NCBI RefSeq assembly: GCF_006345805.1
Contig: NC_043004.1
Coordinates: 28,086,001-28,150,000 of the forward strand
Reading direction: 5' to 3'
Source: Octopus sinensis
Taxonomy: Eukaryota
DNA length: 64,000 bases
Shown: one piece after another, positions 42,169 to 56,165 of the stretch
Position numbering within the stretch: the first letter of the stretch is position 1
How the letters are laid out: every line of letters begins with the position of its first letter
Program-made: the position numbers and the translations under genes
The notes under the pieces: model-generated
The model's database searches: none
What the model was told of the DNA's origin: nothing
Seen by the model: the letters and a program-made list of their open reading frames with translations, nothing else

Positions 42169-42365
42169 AGGCGGTGAGCTGGAAGAATCGTCAGCAGGCT
42201 TAGCGACATTTCGCCCACCTTTACGTAGAGTTGAAATTCCGACGTGGTTGACTTTGCCTTTCATCCATTGGGGTCGATAAAATAAGTACCAGTTGAGCTG
42301 TGGGGTTGATGTAATCGACTTACCCACTATCCCGAAGCTGCTGGCCTTGTGCCAAAATTTGAATT
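42169..42365 (+). mobile_element. tRNA-derived SINE (family B)
   Basis: GGCGGTGAGCTGG head; GACTTTGCCTTTCATCC..GGGGTCGATAAAATAAGTACCAG core shared with 46161-46577 and 55020-55197. Confidence 0.8.
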
Positions 42366-42548
42366 CAATGTTAATGTTTTTGATGGACGCAAGGCATCCG
42401 CTTTTTTGTGAGAGGGAGAAATACTAGGATATACGGACACCAGAATGTATGCAATCATCATATTTTATGCATCTCAGGAAGAGTGAATTGCAAAGTTATC
42501 TTCGGTGGAATTTGAACACAATAACTAAACACCACAAATGGCTTTGTT

Positions 42549-42567
42549 ACTGACGTGTTCTACTGTG

Positions 42568-42642
<75 letters not shown>

Positions 42643-42798
42643 TAGTAGTAGTAGTAACAGCAGCAGCAGTAGTAGTAGTAGTAGTCGTAGTAGTAGTAGT
42701 AGTAGTAGAGTAGTAGTAGTAGTAGTAGAGTAGTAGTAGTAGTAGAGTAGTAGTAGTAGTAGTAGAGTAGTAGTAGTAGTAGTAACAGCAGCAGCAGC

Positions 42799-42833
<35 letters not shown>

Positions 42834-42898
42834 AAGTAGTAGTAGTAGTAGTAGTAACAGCAGCAGCAGCAGTAGTAGTAGTAGTAGTAGTAGTAGTA

Positions 42899-42948
<50 letters not shown>

Positions 42949-43033
42949 ACAGCAGCAGCAGCAGTATTAGTAGTAGTAGTAGTAGTAGTAGAAATAGTAG
43001 TAGTAGTAGTAGTAACAGCAGCAGCAGCAGTAT

Positions 43034-43068
<35 letters not shown>

Positions 43069-43070
43069 AT
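42549..43070. repeat. (TAG)n array with recurrent TAACAGCAGCAGCAG and AGAG interruptions
   Basis: Directly visible. Confidence 0.95.
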
Positions 43071-44226
43071 CAACATTAAAATTTCCACTTGATTTTACTG
43101 CATCCGTTGGTCTAGAGTTCCTTATTGTATATAATATTCCTTCATTAACACCACTTTCTTCCTCCTCCTCCTCCTCCCTTCGCAGTACTTTTCCTACCAC
43201 CTTTGTAATTTTTATATTTTACCACTCTCCTTTCTTTTTTTTATCCCTTCTCTCTCTCTCTCTCCCTTTCTCCTTCTCTCTCTCTCTCTCTTTCTCCTTC
43301 TCTCTCTTTCTCCTTCTCTCTCTCACTCTCAATCATGTACTGGCTCAATTCTGACTATAAATTTTCATCTCTATTTCTCTCAGTTCCCGCCCGCTCCTTC
43401 TCTATTTCTCCCCCCGCCCTTTCTATCGTTTCATCCCTATTCTCCCTCCCCACTCTCGCTTCCCCGTTTCTCTTTCTGAACTAATCAAAATGATCGGCAA
43501 CTCCCTTTACCCTTATCAATATCAACATAACATGCTATGTGTCTGCTGAGTAATGCCTGTGTATATATATCCATGTATGTTTAAGAATACATTTGTGCAC
43601 GTGTGTACATGCATGTGTGTCTCTGTGTATGCCTAAGATTCCTCCATTTTTTTCTCTTCAGTTTTGTTTGTTTCTTTCTAGATATTCGTTATCGTTTGAT
43701 TCAGGCGATTTACTATTTAGTTAGATGTCGACCGTCTTTAAAGAGCAAAGAGTTACTATTAAACACGTTAAACACAGCAGATCATAGCCGCGGCAAATAG
43801 CGCAATTTCGACGGCAAAATTGTTCTCTTTCTACACACTTAGTTGAGGGGTGTAATGGCTGAAATTATAGCTTTATGATCGAACTGGATCAATACCTGGC
43901 ACCACAGTAATCTGTATCTTAGGTGGAGAGAGAATAAATGAAAGATCATCATCAATAGTAGAATACCCTTACTAATAAGCTAAACCAACGATAAATATGT
44001 TTCTGGAGGTGTGTATAAAAAAGAAGAAAATCGTTAACTAAAATGGCGACTTGCTCTCAGATATTTTCTTGATCGTAAAGGCAATTCTATTAGAAAGGAA
44101 TGATAGCAGAGGTGTTTGTTCGCTGTAGTTTGATAAGTAGCAGCGTTAGGTGCTGTTGGATCACTTGTTAAAGTATCAACGAAGAAAATTATCGTCTCTA
44201 TGTGTATATATACATATATACATGCA

Positions 44227-44290
<64 letters not shown>

Positions 44291-44504
44291 CTCACGTATA
44301 CATATCTGTATTATATATATATAAACGAATAAAGGAGAAGTTAAGTCGATTTGAATTACTTTCCCATTGGAGTGAATAAGAAGGTTAAGCAAAGTCTTAC
44401 GTTTCGGACTAAGTGTCTTTCGTCAATATAAAAGAAGAAAATAGAAACATAAGAAATAGGAAGAGAGAGAACGCTAGTTAGATTGATAGATGGGTGGATA
44501 GATT

Positions 44505-44507
44505 GAC

Positions 44508-44575
<68 letters not shown>

Positions 44576-44585
44576 GGATAGATAG

Positions 44586-44622
<37 letters not shown>

Positions 44623-44625
44623 CAG
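44505..44625. repeat. (GATA)n followed by (GA)n microsatellite
   Basis: Directly visible. Confidence 0.95.
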
Positions 44626-45187
44626 AGTGACAGAGAGAGAGTGTGTGTGTGACGAGGAGTTAATGCTAGTGTGAGAAGGGAACCATGTTTGAAAGAGAAA
44701 CAGAAATGCGGTAAGAAAAGATTTATTAGGATTAACTTGATTTCTATCTTTTATCAGACGCTGAAGCTTTTGGAATCGTTGTACATTGCTGATTATTTAA
44801 ACGAGTGAAGAAAAAAAGTAGCATGGAAATGTAAGAGCAAAGCTATTTATAAACATACCTAAATATAGTTAGCCAACAAAATTTCATTGTTTGTGGGGGA
44901 AAAAATCATTAAATTGATATCACATATTCGTGTAGTTAATTGCTATACCATACGCATCAAATTTTCGTCTATTGACATGAAGAAACACGTGATATTTTCA
45001 TCTATTCAACAGGAGCAAAATCTAACAAAAGTAAAATGTTTATTGTCAAGGCATTTTTAATGTTAGTAGAAAACTGAATTTTTTGTCAATCTCTTATCAT
45101 GTTCCAGTCTAACGTAATACATTTGTTAAAAAAATAAGCTATTAACTACTTGTATTCGACAATGTATGTGTGTGCACATATTACCAA

Positions 45188-45380
<193 letters not shown>

Positions 45381-46160
45381 TGTTTATACACAATACACAA
45401 TACAAACATATGTGTGTGTGAATATGTCTCTAGGTATATATTTGTGTGTATGTATGTGTGTATGTATGTTTGGATGCATGCATGTATGTATGTGTGCGAG
45501 TATGTCCGTTCTACGTTGGCCTTCTATAGATTAGTGGCGAGCAAAATCGTTGATTTTCTCGGGGACTATGTTTCATCTGTACCAGAGAAGCTTCCAGCCA
45601 GTACCCGAACATAATTTTCAAAAACCCCAAACTAGGCAGGGAAACTGCATAACCAGTTCGAGATTCTACAGGCATGGACGTGCCACAGATGTGCACGAAA
45701 CCTTTCTGCTCTCATTCGCCCTGTGCGCGGGCATTCCTGGCCTACGGAGATAAGCAAACAGTTGCTTGGCCAAGTATATTCTGTTATGTGGTTGTATATC
45801 TCGTTGGATAAACTGTGATTCTCATTGTTCGAGAAAAGAAAAAAAAATGTCAATAACGTGCTAGGACCGGTTAATTCAATTATATCTATCCTTACAAATG
45901 CATGGTGTTGGATTAAATGTAAAAATCAATAGCTTGATCTCCCTTCTAGAGCAGTGGTCAAAAAGAAAATATAAAGCGACACACTAAACGTGCTCATGAT
46001 TAGGTTTCGAATTTTTGCCTTCGTTGGAATTTTTTCAGCGTTCTACTTTGTATTGTATTCTCTGAGAGAGAAAGGAGAGAAAGAAGGAGAGAGAGGGGGA
46101 GAGAAAGAGGGAGAGAGAAACAAGGAGAGATAAAGAGAGACAAAGCAGCAAAAGAAGATA

Positions 46161-46577
46161 TATATTTCTTTATTGCCCACAAGGGGCTAAATATAGAGGG
46201 GACAAACAAGGACAGACAAAGGGATTAAGTCGATTACACCGACCCCAGTGCGAAACTGGTACTTTATTTATCGACCCCGAAAGGATGAAAGGCAAAGTCG
46301 ACCTCGGCGGAATTTGAACTTACAACGTAACGACAGACGAAATACCTCTTTCTTTACTACCCACAAGGGGCTAAACACAGAGGAGACAAACAAGGACAGA
46401 CGAACGTATTAAGTCGATTACATCGACCCCAGTGCGTAACTGGTACTTAATTTATCGATCCCGAAAGGATGAAAGGCAAAGTCGACCTCGGCGGAATTTG
46501 AACTCAGAACGTAACGGCAGATGAAATACGGCTACGCGTTTCGTCCGGCGTGCTAACGTTTCTGCCAGCTCGCCGCC
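46161..46577 (-). mobile_element. SINE family B with tandemly duplicated body (two copies of about 180 bp)
   Basis: CCCACAAGGGGCTAAA...GTCGACCTCGGCGGAATTTGAAC occurs twice; head at 46577. Confidence 0.85.
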
Positions 46578-47685
46578 TTAGCAAAAGAAGGTATAACTCC
46601 ATTCTACTCTCTATACAGTATTTCCATACAAGTGTGCTGAGAGACTTTAATAATTATTTTCTTTATCTTTTACGACCCAGTTTCACTCCTCGTCTGAAGT
46701 ATTTTCAACTTCACTAAATACATCAATATCCTTAGCAGTTAGTAAAACACAAATATGCACGCCACAAATTTTCATTTTTCGTCTCATTAAAAAATTTCAA
46801 ATCCTCTGTGCATATTCAAAAGAAAGCAATTATTACTGTGACATAAAATTAATCAAAGTGTAATAGTTGAATGCATCTTTGAAAGTTTATTTCATTATTC
46901 ATAGCTGATAGACTGAAGATACTGATCGTGTGAGAAATCATGGTGTCTGTGATGGCCACGCTGACAAGCTAATAACACACAAGACGTGCTTATTTTTCCA
47001 GCTTCCATGTGTATAATTGAGAATTGCTGCAACAGCAACTGTAATTTAGTAGAGACTTAATAGAGTAGATTCTGTAGACAATAAGTGGTGTCTCTGAAAA
47101 CAGCGTTTCTCTTTGTATTGCTTCTGACTACCTTGATATTGGTTTTTGGTATGCTTACTAAAACCGGTATGAAAACATAAAGGAGAGACAGGAGAGAGAG
47201 AGAGAAAGAGAAACTACTGTGTAAAAAGAATGGGGAGTGGATAGAATGGGAGATAATCATAGGGATTGTGTGAGAGGGGAAATATAGTTAGAGAGAGAGA
47301 GAATGTGGGGCAGAGAGTTGGAGGGGGAGGAGTTTGCGACTTATAATCAAGGAGCGAGAGAGAAATAGTCAGAAGGAGGAATATCAAGCGAGAGACCTTA
47401 GTAAAATATATTACCAGTGTTTCATAGTTTCTACACATATTTCACTAAACACTACAGTACACTGAATCCGTTTTCCTCTCTTTGTTTCTTCCTCTTTATG
47501 TACGTTTGTATATTACTGGTATTTCAGAGACTAGCATTTAAATATATACACGGATACGTGGAGAGAACATGCATGCATATGCATGCATTGCATGCCTGCA
47601 TGCCTCCCTCCATCAATCCTTCCATCCATCCATCCATCCATCAATATATACATACATACATACATTACATACATACATACATACA

Positions 47686-50600
47686 CGGTTATGGCTGAAA
47701 CTAGCAACACCACCACCAACGAATACAGCACTACAGAACCAGTAAACGATCTAAGAAGACATAAATACTCCTCTTTTTTTACTTGAACTTTGCATCTAAA
47801 CCAAGATCTAGTCTGATGCTATGAAAAAGCTTGTGAAGACCCTTCTATCGGATATATGAAACGGTTAGAAAAATACTAGGATGAATCTTAACTCAGCTTA
47901 AGCACCTTTGCTGCGAAACAATATTGATAACAAACATCTTTTTTTAAGAAAAAAATATTTGCTCTCGTAATATAAACCGACCTTCCCAAAACATCGAGAA
48001 CTGGCCAACACCTGCCAGAAGAGAGATAAAAAATGATGAAAACAAACCACGGTCATCACTAAATTCCCATGTCTCTCCAAATGTTGCTGAGTCAACAGAG
48101 AAAACTGTAGAATATATTTAACTTAGAAATATACCGAAACCACAGTTCATAGAAAACTTTTGCCCTTCTTCGAAACTATCGTTATGTAATAGGCCATTCT
48201 TAAGATTATGAAATATCCAACAGCTCTAATGTTGAAAGTTAGCGACGGTGTCACTGGAGGGCACATGAAATCATTTGATGCTAATTACCCTCATATAGAC
48301 AGCTGCTATAACTCTTAAAGAACATCTAGGGAAAATCTACAATTTACATGGTAATGAAAATACTAAACCGAAACAACCTAGATGGAAAAAAAAACTTGAA
48401 GAAAATATCAACAACCTATGCCACCGTATTGGATGGTTAACCACGATCATAAAATATAAGAGGAACAATGAGTTAACACTGCATCAGCTAATTCTTATAA
48501 ATCAAATTAACAAAACTGTATGATGACAAAATAGCTCTCGACGGGAAGCTAATTGCTCTAAAACACGAACTCGGAGCTTTGAGCGAAATTCTTCGCTACT
48601 GCACACACATTTTCAGATTAACTTTGAACTCTGCTGTGCATGCTCACTGAGTTTTAACGTTCTGGCTCACTTTCGCTGTTTACAGCAGTGCTTGGAAGGA
48701 ACGTGTGTAGCGTGTTACCATTACATTGATCATGACGGAGGAAGTTGACCCGAGAATCTACATAAAATTTTGCCAAAAGCTTGACAATAACTGCTCAGAG
48801 GCCCATATAAAGTTTTCGAAAAGTTTTCATCGTTCTCGACACAATCAAGATCTTGTACAACTGAAACCTGAGTATCTTTTTGCTCAGCTAAAAGTTTTTG
48901 CACAAACTTCGCAGAGATCTGTCTCATACCCAAATCTTCAGTGATAATATACTGAACCGTAAGTAATATGTACATCCTCTGATAGCTCACGAATGATGAT
49001 TCAGCGATTTCCTCTCACAGCTGCACGCACATCTGCGATGTTTTTATCAGTTCTGCTGGTTGCGGGTCTCCCAAAGTGTTCGTCGGAAACTTGTACACTT
49101 GTGTGCGGCTTAAACACTCCTCTCCACACACTTTCTGCAACTTTGCATAGGCCTCTGAGCAGGTATCACCATGATGACTTTCTCTGTCATGGTCAATGCG
49201 ACTATCACACACTACACACCTTCCTTCCAAGCACTGCTATAAACAGTGGAAGTGAGCTAGAATGTTAAAACTTAGTGTGCATGCACAGCATATTTAAATG
49301 TCAATCTCTACTGAGTGACTTTACTTTGCGTGCTTTAGCTTCGTTACTATGACAACAGTCCGGATACTTATTGATCAGACCTATATTAATGTAACTCTTA
49401 TTTTCTTTGTGAATGACCAAGATTTATGCTAAAAATGTTAACATTGCAAAAGGAATAAGTAACATTTTCAGCTAACGTAGGAATGGAAATTGGCCTGAAG
49501 AAATGTTCTTTTTTAATTGTTGAACAAGGAAAATCAGTCCCCCAGATAAAACCTGTGCATCAATGGTCTCACTATCTCTCCTGTCCCTCTCAAAGAATGT
49601 TACAAGTACCTTGGCATTCCTGAAAATATATATCAAGGTACTGTGAATAAAGATAGAGTGACCAGACTAAGGAAAATATGGTCTGCTCTCTCCTCTTTCA
49701 AGACAATATCGCACAAAGCATTTGCAGTACTAGTGCTGATTTCAACATTTGGGATACTTGACTAGTCCGTTAAAGAAATTCACTCTTTAGACATTAAAAC
49801 CCGCAAAATTTCTAACATTAACTGGAAATATCCACGAAAATCGTGATATCAACAGATTCTACCTGAGATAAAGAAGATAGGGCTTGAAATCAGTGCAAGC
49901 AGCTTTCGAATGTTGCATTGTCTCACAGACAACATTTGCTAAACAACAGTAGCAAAAATGGAATACGTTAAATTAGTATTGAAAAGTGAAGAAAACAATA
50001 TCCTACGTATTGGGAGTGAGCACCTTAGGAAATACTGTCTTCCTGATGATCTCCCATAGAACCCCAAATCAGCTGGAGTAGCATATCTCAAAGAAGACCT
50101 GCAGGTGAAACGCACACATACCGAACCAAAAGACCATGCAAGGGCATGCTTCTCGTAGACTTGAAGATAGTAACATCAACATGAAGCGAAGCCTCTCTTG
50201 GATATCACATCACACTCTGAGTGCTATATATTTTCAATCGAAGAACAGGAGACTGCCACTAAATACCTAATCAATAAGACAGACTGAAGCCATTGGAGTT
50301 CCAGGATACAAATATAAGAATATGTTATGTCAAATTTCTGTGGAAGACATCACACATTTAACTTGGAGCTGCCGAAAAATGTCATCAAAATACTATCTCT
50401 ATATGTAAAACGACGTTGTCGCAAAAACAATGTACAGTGCCACTCAAAGTAAATATTGAGAGTCCCTGTTATTGAACACTGGCGGAACAGTCTCATGAAA
50501 ACATCTGCCAAGTGTAAGCATAACATATTGTTGTTTGGAACAGACAAGAAAAAGTATCTTCAGTCATAGAGGTCAGCTGTCTTACTGACGGGAATATCTC

Positions 50601-50945
50601 TTTGAAAATCAAAGAGAAAGAAGATAACTATGGACAATTGCTTTGAAATCTCCAGCTTCTATATCCGGATGACAAATTTACATTTATACCAGTAATAATT
50701 GTTGCATTTGGTTTTGTACATTAATGCCCAACTATAAGTCTGGATAAGCTTGGATTTTCAGAAAAGAAACCAACCAGCCGATTCGCACATTACAAATACA
50801 ATCTGTAAGCGGGACGATAAAGCTATGCAATAATTTTCTAAGGTTTAAAATATGACGTTGTTTTCGTTATCTACATTCTAAAGATGGAGCTTTGTATCTT
50901 TGTTAAAAAGCAGGAAGAGTTTAAATGATTAAATGCAGAAGAGAC
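47686..50945 (+). mobile_element. Degraded near-full-length R4/Dong-like RLE non-LTR element, flanked by (CATA)n and interrupted by a mariner remnant
   Basis: Fragments GYMKRLEKY, PRWKKKLEENINNL, YKYLGIPEN, KTSAKCKHN, IEVSC, QIQSVSGTIKLC in order; (CATA)n before 47686 and after 50945. Confidence 0.75.
48630..49385. mobile_element. Mariner remnant: two 5' portions in inverted orientation
   Basis: 48630-48830 is an imperfect reverse complement of part of 49020-49300; IKFCQKL, EECLSRTQVY, ISAKFV motifs; TIR-like end near 49355-49385. Confidence 0.7.
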
Positions 50946-51560
50946 ATGCATACATACATACATACATACATACATAATACATACATAAATACATACATAC
51001 ATACATACATACATGCATGTATGCATGTATACATACATACATACATACATACATACATACATACATACATACATACATACATACATACATACATACATAC
51101 ATAGTTACTCAGACACCTAGGTTAAAAAAATTACGAACAGATATAGCTCAGGCCATGAATAACTCAATAGCAGCTACCTAGAAAAGACATTTAATGATGT
51201 TTCATACAACAGTCTTTCTTTGGGTACCATAGTCCATTCGTTAAAAGAGTTATTGTTTGTAGAGTTATATCCGGGTGTAGGTGGTTTATCTTGAATTTCT
51301 TGGAGATACTCGTCCAGGAATCCTTTGAATGCTATGTGTTTGACATGATTTTTAAAAGAACAGGGTTAGTTGATGTGAAATACCTGTCTTCGTATTGTGA
51401 TGTGAAGCCAGTATGATTTTATTGATGAGGACAGATGGTTATGGAACCAAGCCTTTGGCAAACTTTAAAGGTTGATGCTACCATCATGTATATGTGTGTG
51501 TGTATCTCTTTCTTTCTCTCTCACTATACACACACACACACGTATTGGTCTCCAATGTGA

Positions 51561-51893
51561 AGGCGCATGGCTCAGTGGTTAGAGCGTCGAGCTTACGATC
51601 GTGAGGTTGTGAGCTCGAATCCCGGACCGGGCTGCGTGTTGTGTTCTTGAGCAAGACACTTTATTTCACGTTGCTCCAGTTCACTCAGCTGTAGAAATGA
51701 GTTGCGACGTCACAGGTGCCAAGCTGTATCGACCTTTGTCTTTCCCTTGGATAACACTGGTGGCGTGGAGAGGGGAGGCCGGTATGCATGGGCGACTACT
51801 GGTCTTCCATAAAACCTTGCCCAGACTTGTGCCTCAGAGGGTAACTCTCTAGGTGCAAACCCATGGTCACTCATGACCGAAGGGGGTCTTTAC
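51561..51893 (+). mobile_element. tRNA-derived SINE with CORE-like domain
   Basis: TGGCTCAGTGG A box, GCTCGAATCCC B box, TTGAGCAAGACACTT...TTCACTCAGCTGTAGAAATGAG CORE-like segment. Confidence 0.8.
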
Positions 51894-51929
51894 CCTTTAT
51901 ATATATATATATATACATATATATACATA

Positions 51930-52001
<72 letters not shown>

Positions 52002-52249
52002 GGGGAGGCAGAAAGAAATACAAGAACCGGCCAGACTTCTAGCCTGGTACTTAGTTACGAACTGGGGAGGAGATAAAAAGAATGACGCTGGTTGTATTTG
52101 ATCTTCACCTCAGGGTACAGAGAACAGCAACAAATAGCACAACACATTCTGCCTGCCATTTTGCATCTATCTATCTATCTATCTCTTTCTACACACACAC
52201 ACACACATACACACACACATACATACATACATACATACATACATACTAC

Positions 52250-52310
<61 letters not shown>

Positions 52311-52521
52311 ATATATATATAAAACTTACTTGGAAAAGGATGCGTGGGGTTCGATCATATTAGAATATAAATAATATATAAATATATGCATATATACATA
52401 CATATATGTACATATAAAGATATACATATATATATATATATATAACGGGAAGCTTTATGAAAATAGACAAAAAACGAAGGCAGGTTTACGGAAATAAACA
52501 AAATATATATACAAGAGAGTA

Positions 52522-52590
52522 GTCTTGAAACCGAGAATTTGAACTTCCAATATTTACATATATATATATTTACACACACATATATACATA

Positions 52591-52659
<69 letters not shown>

Positions 52660-52669
52660 TATATATTAC

Positions 52670-52722
<53 letters not shown>

Positions 52723-52771
52723 AATATATATATATGTAAATATTGGAAGTTCAAATTCTCGGTTTCAAGAC
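52522..52771. repeat. About 55-bp inverted repeat enclosing a (TA)n tract
   Basis: GTCTTGAAACCGAGAATTTGAACTTCCAATATTTACA at 52522 and its reverse complement ending at 52771. Confidence 0.9.
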
Positions 52772-54512
52772 CGCTCTGTCTGTCTGTCGTCGCCTGAAGT
52801 TAGTAGTAACCGCTGAGTTTAACAAGGTGTGTTGTTACTGAATGTCCTTTGCTGAAGGACCTAGAATTTCAACTTACGGAGATATTTACACAGCGCCTGA
52901 GGAAACACGACTATACCTCATAATGCAGGGAACTAGTTGCATAATCAAGTTCCTGCACACCTGGACAACTACGTTGCATAGAAACAATTGTAGTAATTGA
53001 AAATCAATGTCTAACGGTACTCTTTGATGACTCCAAGCTTCTTACCACACAGCCATATATATATATATATATATGGCTGTGTTAACCCATCGTTGATCCC
53101 AACTCTCGATTCCTCTTTGAAATACTCAAATATGATCTCTCACACCCTCTTTCTCGCAGGCACATTCATTTTGTCGGTGTTATCAAATCGTTGTCTCCGG
53201 AGGCTGGTTTTCATTTAGAATAACAAGTAGAAGTCGAAGGGTGTTAAAATGGAGTTGCGTGATGGATGGGAAAAGAGTGACCAATCCAATTTGCCAGTTA
53301 CTTGATTTGTTACCAAGACTGTGGGTGTCCTTTGTAACAAAATGAACCCTGCTAAAGGTAGTTAATGGCTAGGCGATGATGTTAAACCGAGCAACGGATT
53401 AAGTGTGACGCCGAATCATGTGAATCCCTATATTTTTGTGGTGTTTGACATTTTAAGAAATGTCTTATTATATCGACAGATCAATTCTAAAGAAACAACG
53501 AGAGACTATCGTCGAAATTTAATAGAAATTACATATGTAAAATAAATTTAAGTATTTACTTTACGTAATATTTCCCATTGTAATCTTGCCAAAAGACGTT
53601 TATTAGAATTCACAATAACAGGTTTCCAGATTCGAAGAGAAAGAAGGAAATTTATCATTATGGTTGGCGGACCAGTACAGTTATTTTCGGAAATGGCTGG
53701 AAATAAACTTCGAAAATCAATGTCACGTTTAGAAATCGTCTTAACCACGCTTTGTGAATTTTGGCCAGCCGTGAATTGCTAACGGCACGGCGGCTAACAA
53801 GTAAACCTTCTAATCAGTAAATTATATCGCTAGTCAATTAGTACTATCTAACTGGTTAAATAGACTCCTCTCATTATTATTCTCTTGCATTCAGTCGATG
53901 GAAATATCTATTCTGGTATACAACACATTCAATAATTTCTCTACAATTTAATAAAGTAAACAATGGATTTGGTATTGATTTCTTATTGATTTGGTATTGA
54001 TTAAGAGAATCAGATATAGCCATGTAATAATATATTCATTCTTTAACATAAGTACTAGTCTATGAATATGTTAGGCTATAGATGATTAGAATCTCATCAA
54101 TTAAACAGTACAAAGTAAATTAAGTATGTTGGTAGCGCAGGCATAGATTTGTGGTTAAGAAGGTTGGTCTTCAACCATGTGACTCTAAGTTCAATCACCT
54201 TGTGAGCTACCTTAATCAAGTGCCTTCTTCCATCGGCTTAAATTAGGTAACACGACTTGATTTGTGTTTCGGGGATGGAAACTGGGCGGTAGCCAGTTTA
54301 ATATATGTATGTGTGTATGTGTATGAATATGCGTGTTTATATATACATATGTATATGTATATACTTTTACTCGTGCGGTAACACCCAAACTTTACCTTGT
54401 TATATATATATAAAGTTAATCCAAATAAGAAAACACAAAAAAACACAACAACGCGAGGACGTGGAACAAATATAGTATTATTGGACGTTCAGGAAAGAAG
54501 GGAAGAAGGAGA

Positions 54513-54547
54513 GTTTAACGTTTCGAGCGGAGCTCTTCGTTGGAAAC
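54513..54547 (-). ncRNA. Minimal type-I hammerhead-like motif (degenerate core CCAACGA) in a PLE-terminus-like remnant
   Basis: GTTT CCAACGA A GAGC-tcc-GCTC GAA ACGT T AAAC; stems I and II and palindromic stem III intact. Confidence 0.55.
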
Positions 54548-54987
54548 ATAGGAGAAGGAAAGATCCAGAGAAGGGAAGACAGAGGAAAAAAATCGCCAAC
54601 GGTACACACGAGGTCACATCGTTTAAGTTCGTTTGCGGGAATCATTTTGAAAATGCCAATAAAAGCTCCTATTCTTTTATGCCGATTACAGACCAATATT
54701 ACCATCGGGCGATATCAGATTTGGGGTATCGCACTGATCAGTACCGATGTAATGTAGGATTAATATAGTAATAATAGTAATAATCCTTGGATGGAATTTA
54801 TAAATATTTTAATGCATCGCTACACACAAATCGCATGTTTCTTAAGCTCATAGTCCGTATTCCTGGGATGATTATAGTGTAGTCCGTTGGACTGCACTGT
54901 AATCATCATTAACATCCTTATAAATTCCATCAAAGGAGTATTATTAATACTCTCTCTTGCTCTCTCTCTCTCTCTCTCTCTCTCGCT

Positions 54988-55019
<32 letters not shown>

Positions 55020-55021
<2 letters not shown>

Positions 55022-55197
55022 CTTTACTGCCCACGAGGGGCTAAACATAGAGGGGACAAACAAGGACAGACAGAGGGATTAAGTCGATTACATCGACCCC
55101 AGAGCGTAACTGGTACTTTATTTATCGACCCCTAAAGGATGAAAGGCAAAGACGACCTCGGCGGAATTTGAACTCAGAATGTAGTGGCAGACGAAAT
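55020..55197 (-). mobile_element. SINE family B, body
   Basis: Near-identical to the 46161 unit. Confidence 0.8.
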
Positions 55198-55247
55198 ATA
55201 TATATTATATATATATCACATAATATATATATATAATATATATATAT

Positions 55248-55302
<55 letters not shown>

Positions 55303-55687
55303 CATACAGGTGAGCACATAAGTACTAGGCAAGGAAGAAAAATAGTTCTTGAATATCAAATGTAGAATGATATACTTTTTTTTTTTTGAAGGTGCAAAAT
55401 TGTGATAAATACTTAGCACAACTGTCCGTCGAACAGGAACGTGAAACTGACTAACTCAAAAAAAGTTGATGTATATATATATATATATATATATACTAAG
55501 TAATTAAGGGTTTAGCAACGAATTGCCTCACCAACACACCGAATTTAGAAATAGCAGTCAAAGAGATATAGCTATTCCTTCTACTAAAAGGGGGATCTCA
55601 GTAAAAACACAGCACTTGAAAGGCAAACACAGACAGGTAAGAAAGAAAGAATGAAATGACGGCAATCCATCATGCAATTTTACGTTA

Positions 55688-55779
55688 CCTACGGACGTAC
55701 GTTTCGAGATCAAGTTTTAGGATAGCGTAAGAATTAGAAAATTCTACTTTACCCGTACTTCTTCTCTCATCGGCGCAGG
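55688..55779 (-). ncRNA. Type-I hammerhead, array 1, inverted copy
   Basis: Reverse complement of CCTGCG CCGATGA GAGA...TCTC GAA ACGTACGT C CGTAGG. Confidence 0.75.
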
Positions 55780-56073
55780 ATACTACAATTATGAATAATT
55801 GCATATTAAATTTTGAGATACTAGAATGCATCATCTCAACTCAGAGCGAGCTAAAGCATGACCAGTACCACGAAATTCAAAGTTTGAATGAAAGTTTGTG
55901 TCACCAGCCCCCTTCCACCCGCGTGTAGCCAAGACAAAATGCTGTGGTCATTTACTGGGATAAAATATGGTTATCAGTAATAATCTACTTGGTGTAATTG
56001 ATAATTATCCCTAATTAATTAATTTCACCTAGTATCTCAAAATTTAATATACAATTATTCATAATTGTAGTAT

Positions 56074-56165
56074 CCTGCGCCGATGAGAGAAGAAGTACGG
56101 GTAAAGTAGAATTTTCTAATTCTTACGCTATCCTAAAACTTGATCTCGAAACGTACGTCTGCAGG
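56074..56165 (+). ncRNA. Type-I hammerhead, array 1 copy 1
   Basis: Stem I CCTGCG/TGCAGG (variant that still pairs), core CCGATGA, stem II GAGA/TCTC, GAAA, palindrome ACGTACGT, GUC site. Confidence 0.75.

Noticed and set aside
44390-44430. TTGACGA...GTCCGAAACGTA hammerhead-like motif (minus strand)
   Set aside because: Stem I cannot be formed and the 3-8 pair is broken; at best a decayed remnant
45510-45790. Possible host exon (GC-richer unique sequence with splice-like sites)
   Set aside because: Frames from the candidate acceptors hit stops and no protein motif is recognisable
46505-46577. GAAACGCGTA in the SINE B head as a hammerhead
   Set aside because: No CUGANGA-like core or stem II in register; it is part of the tRNA-like head
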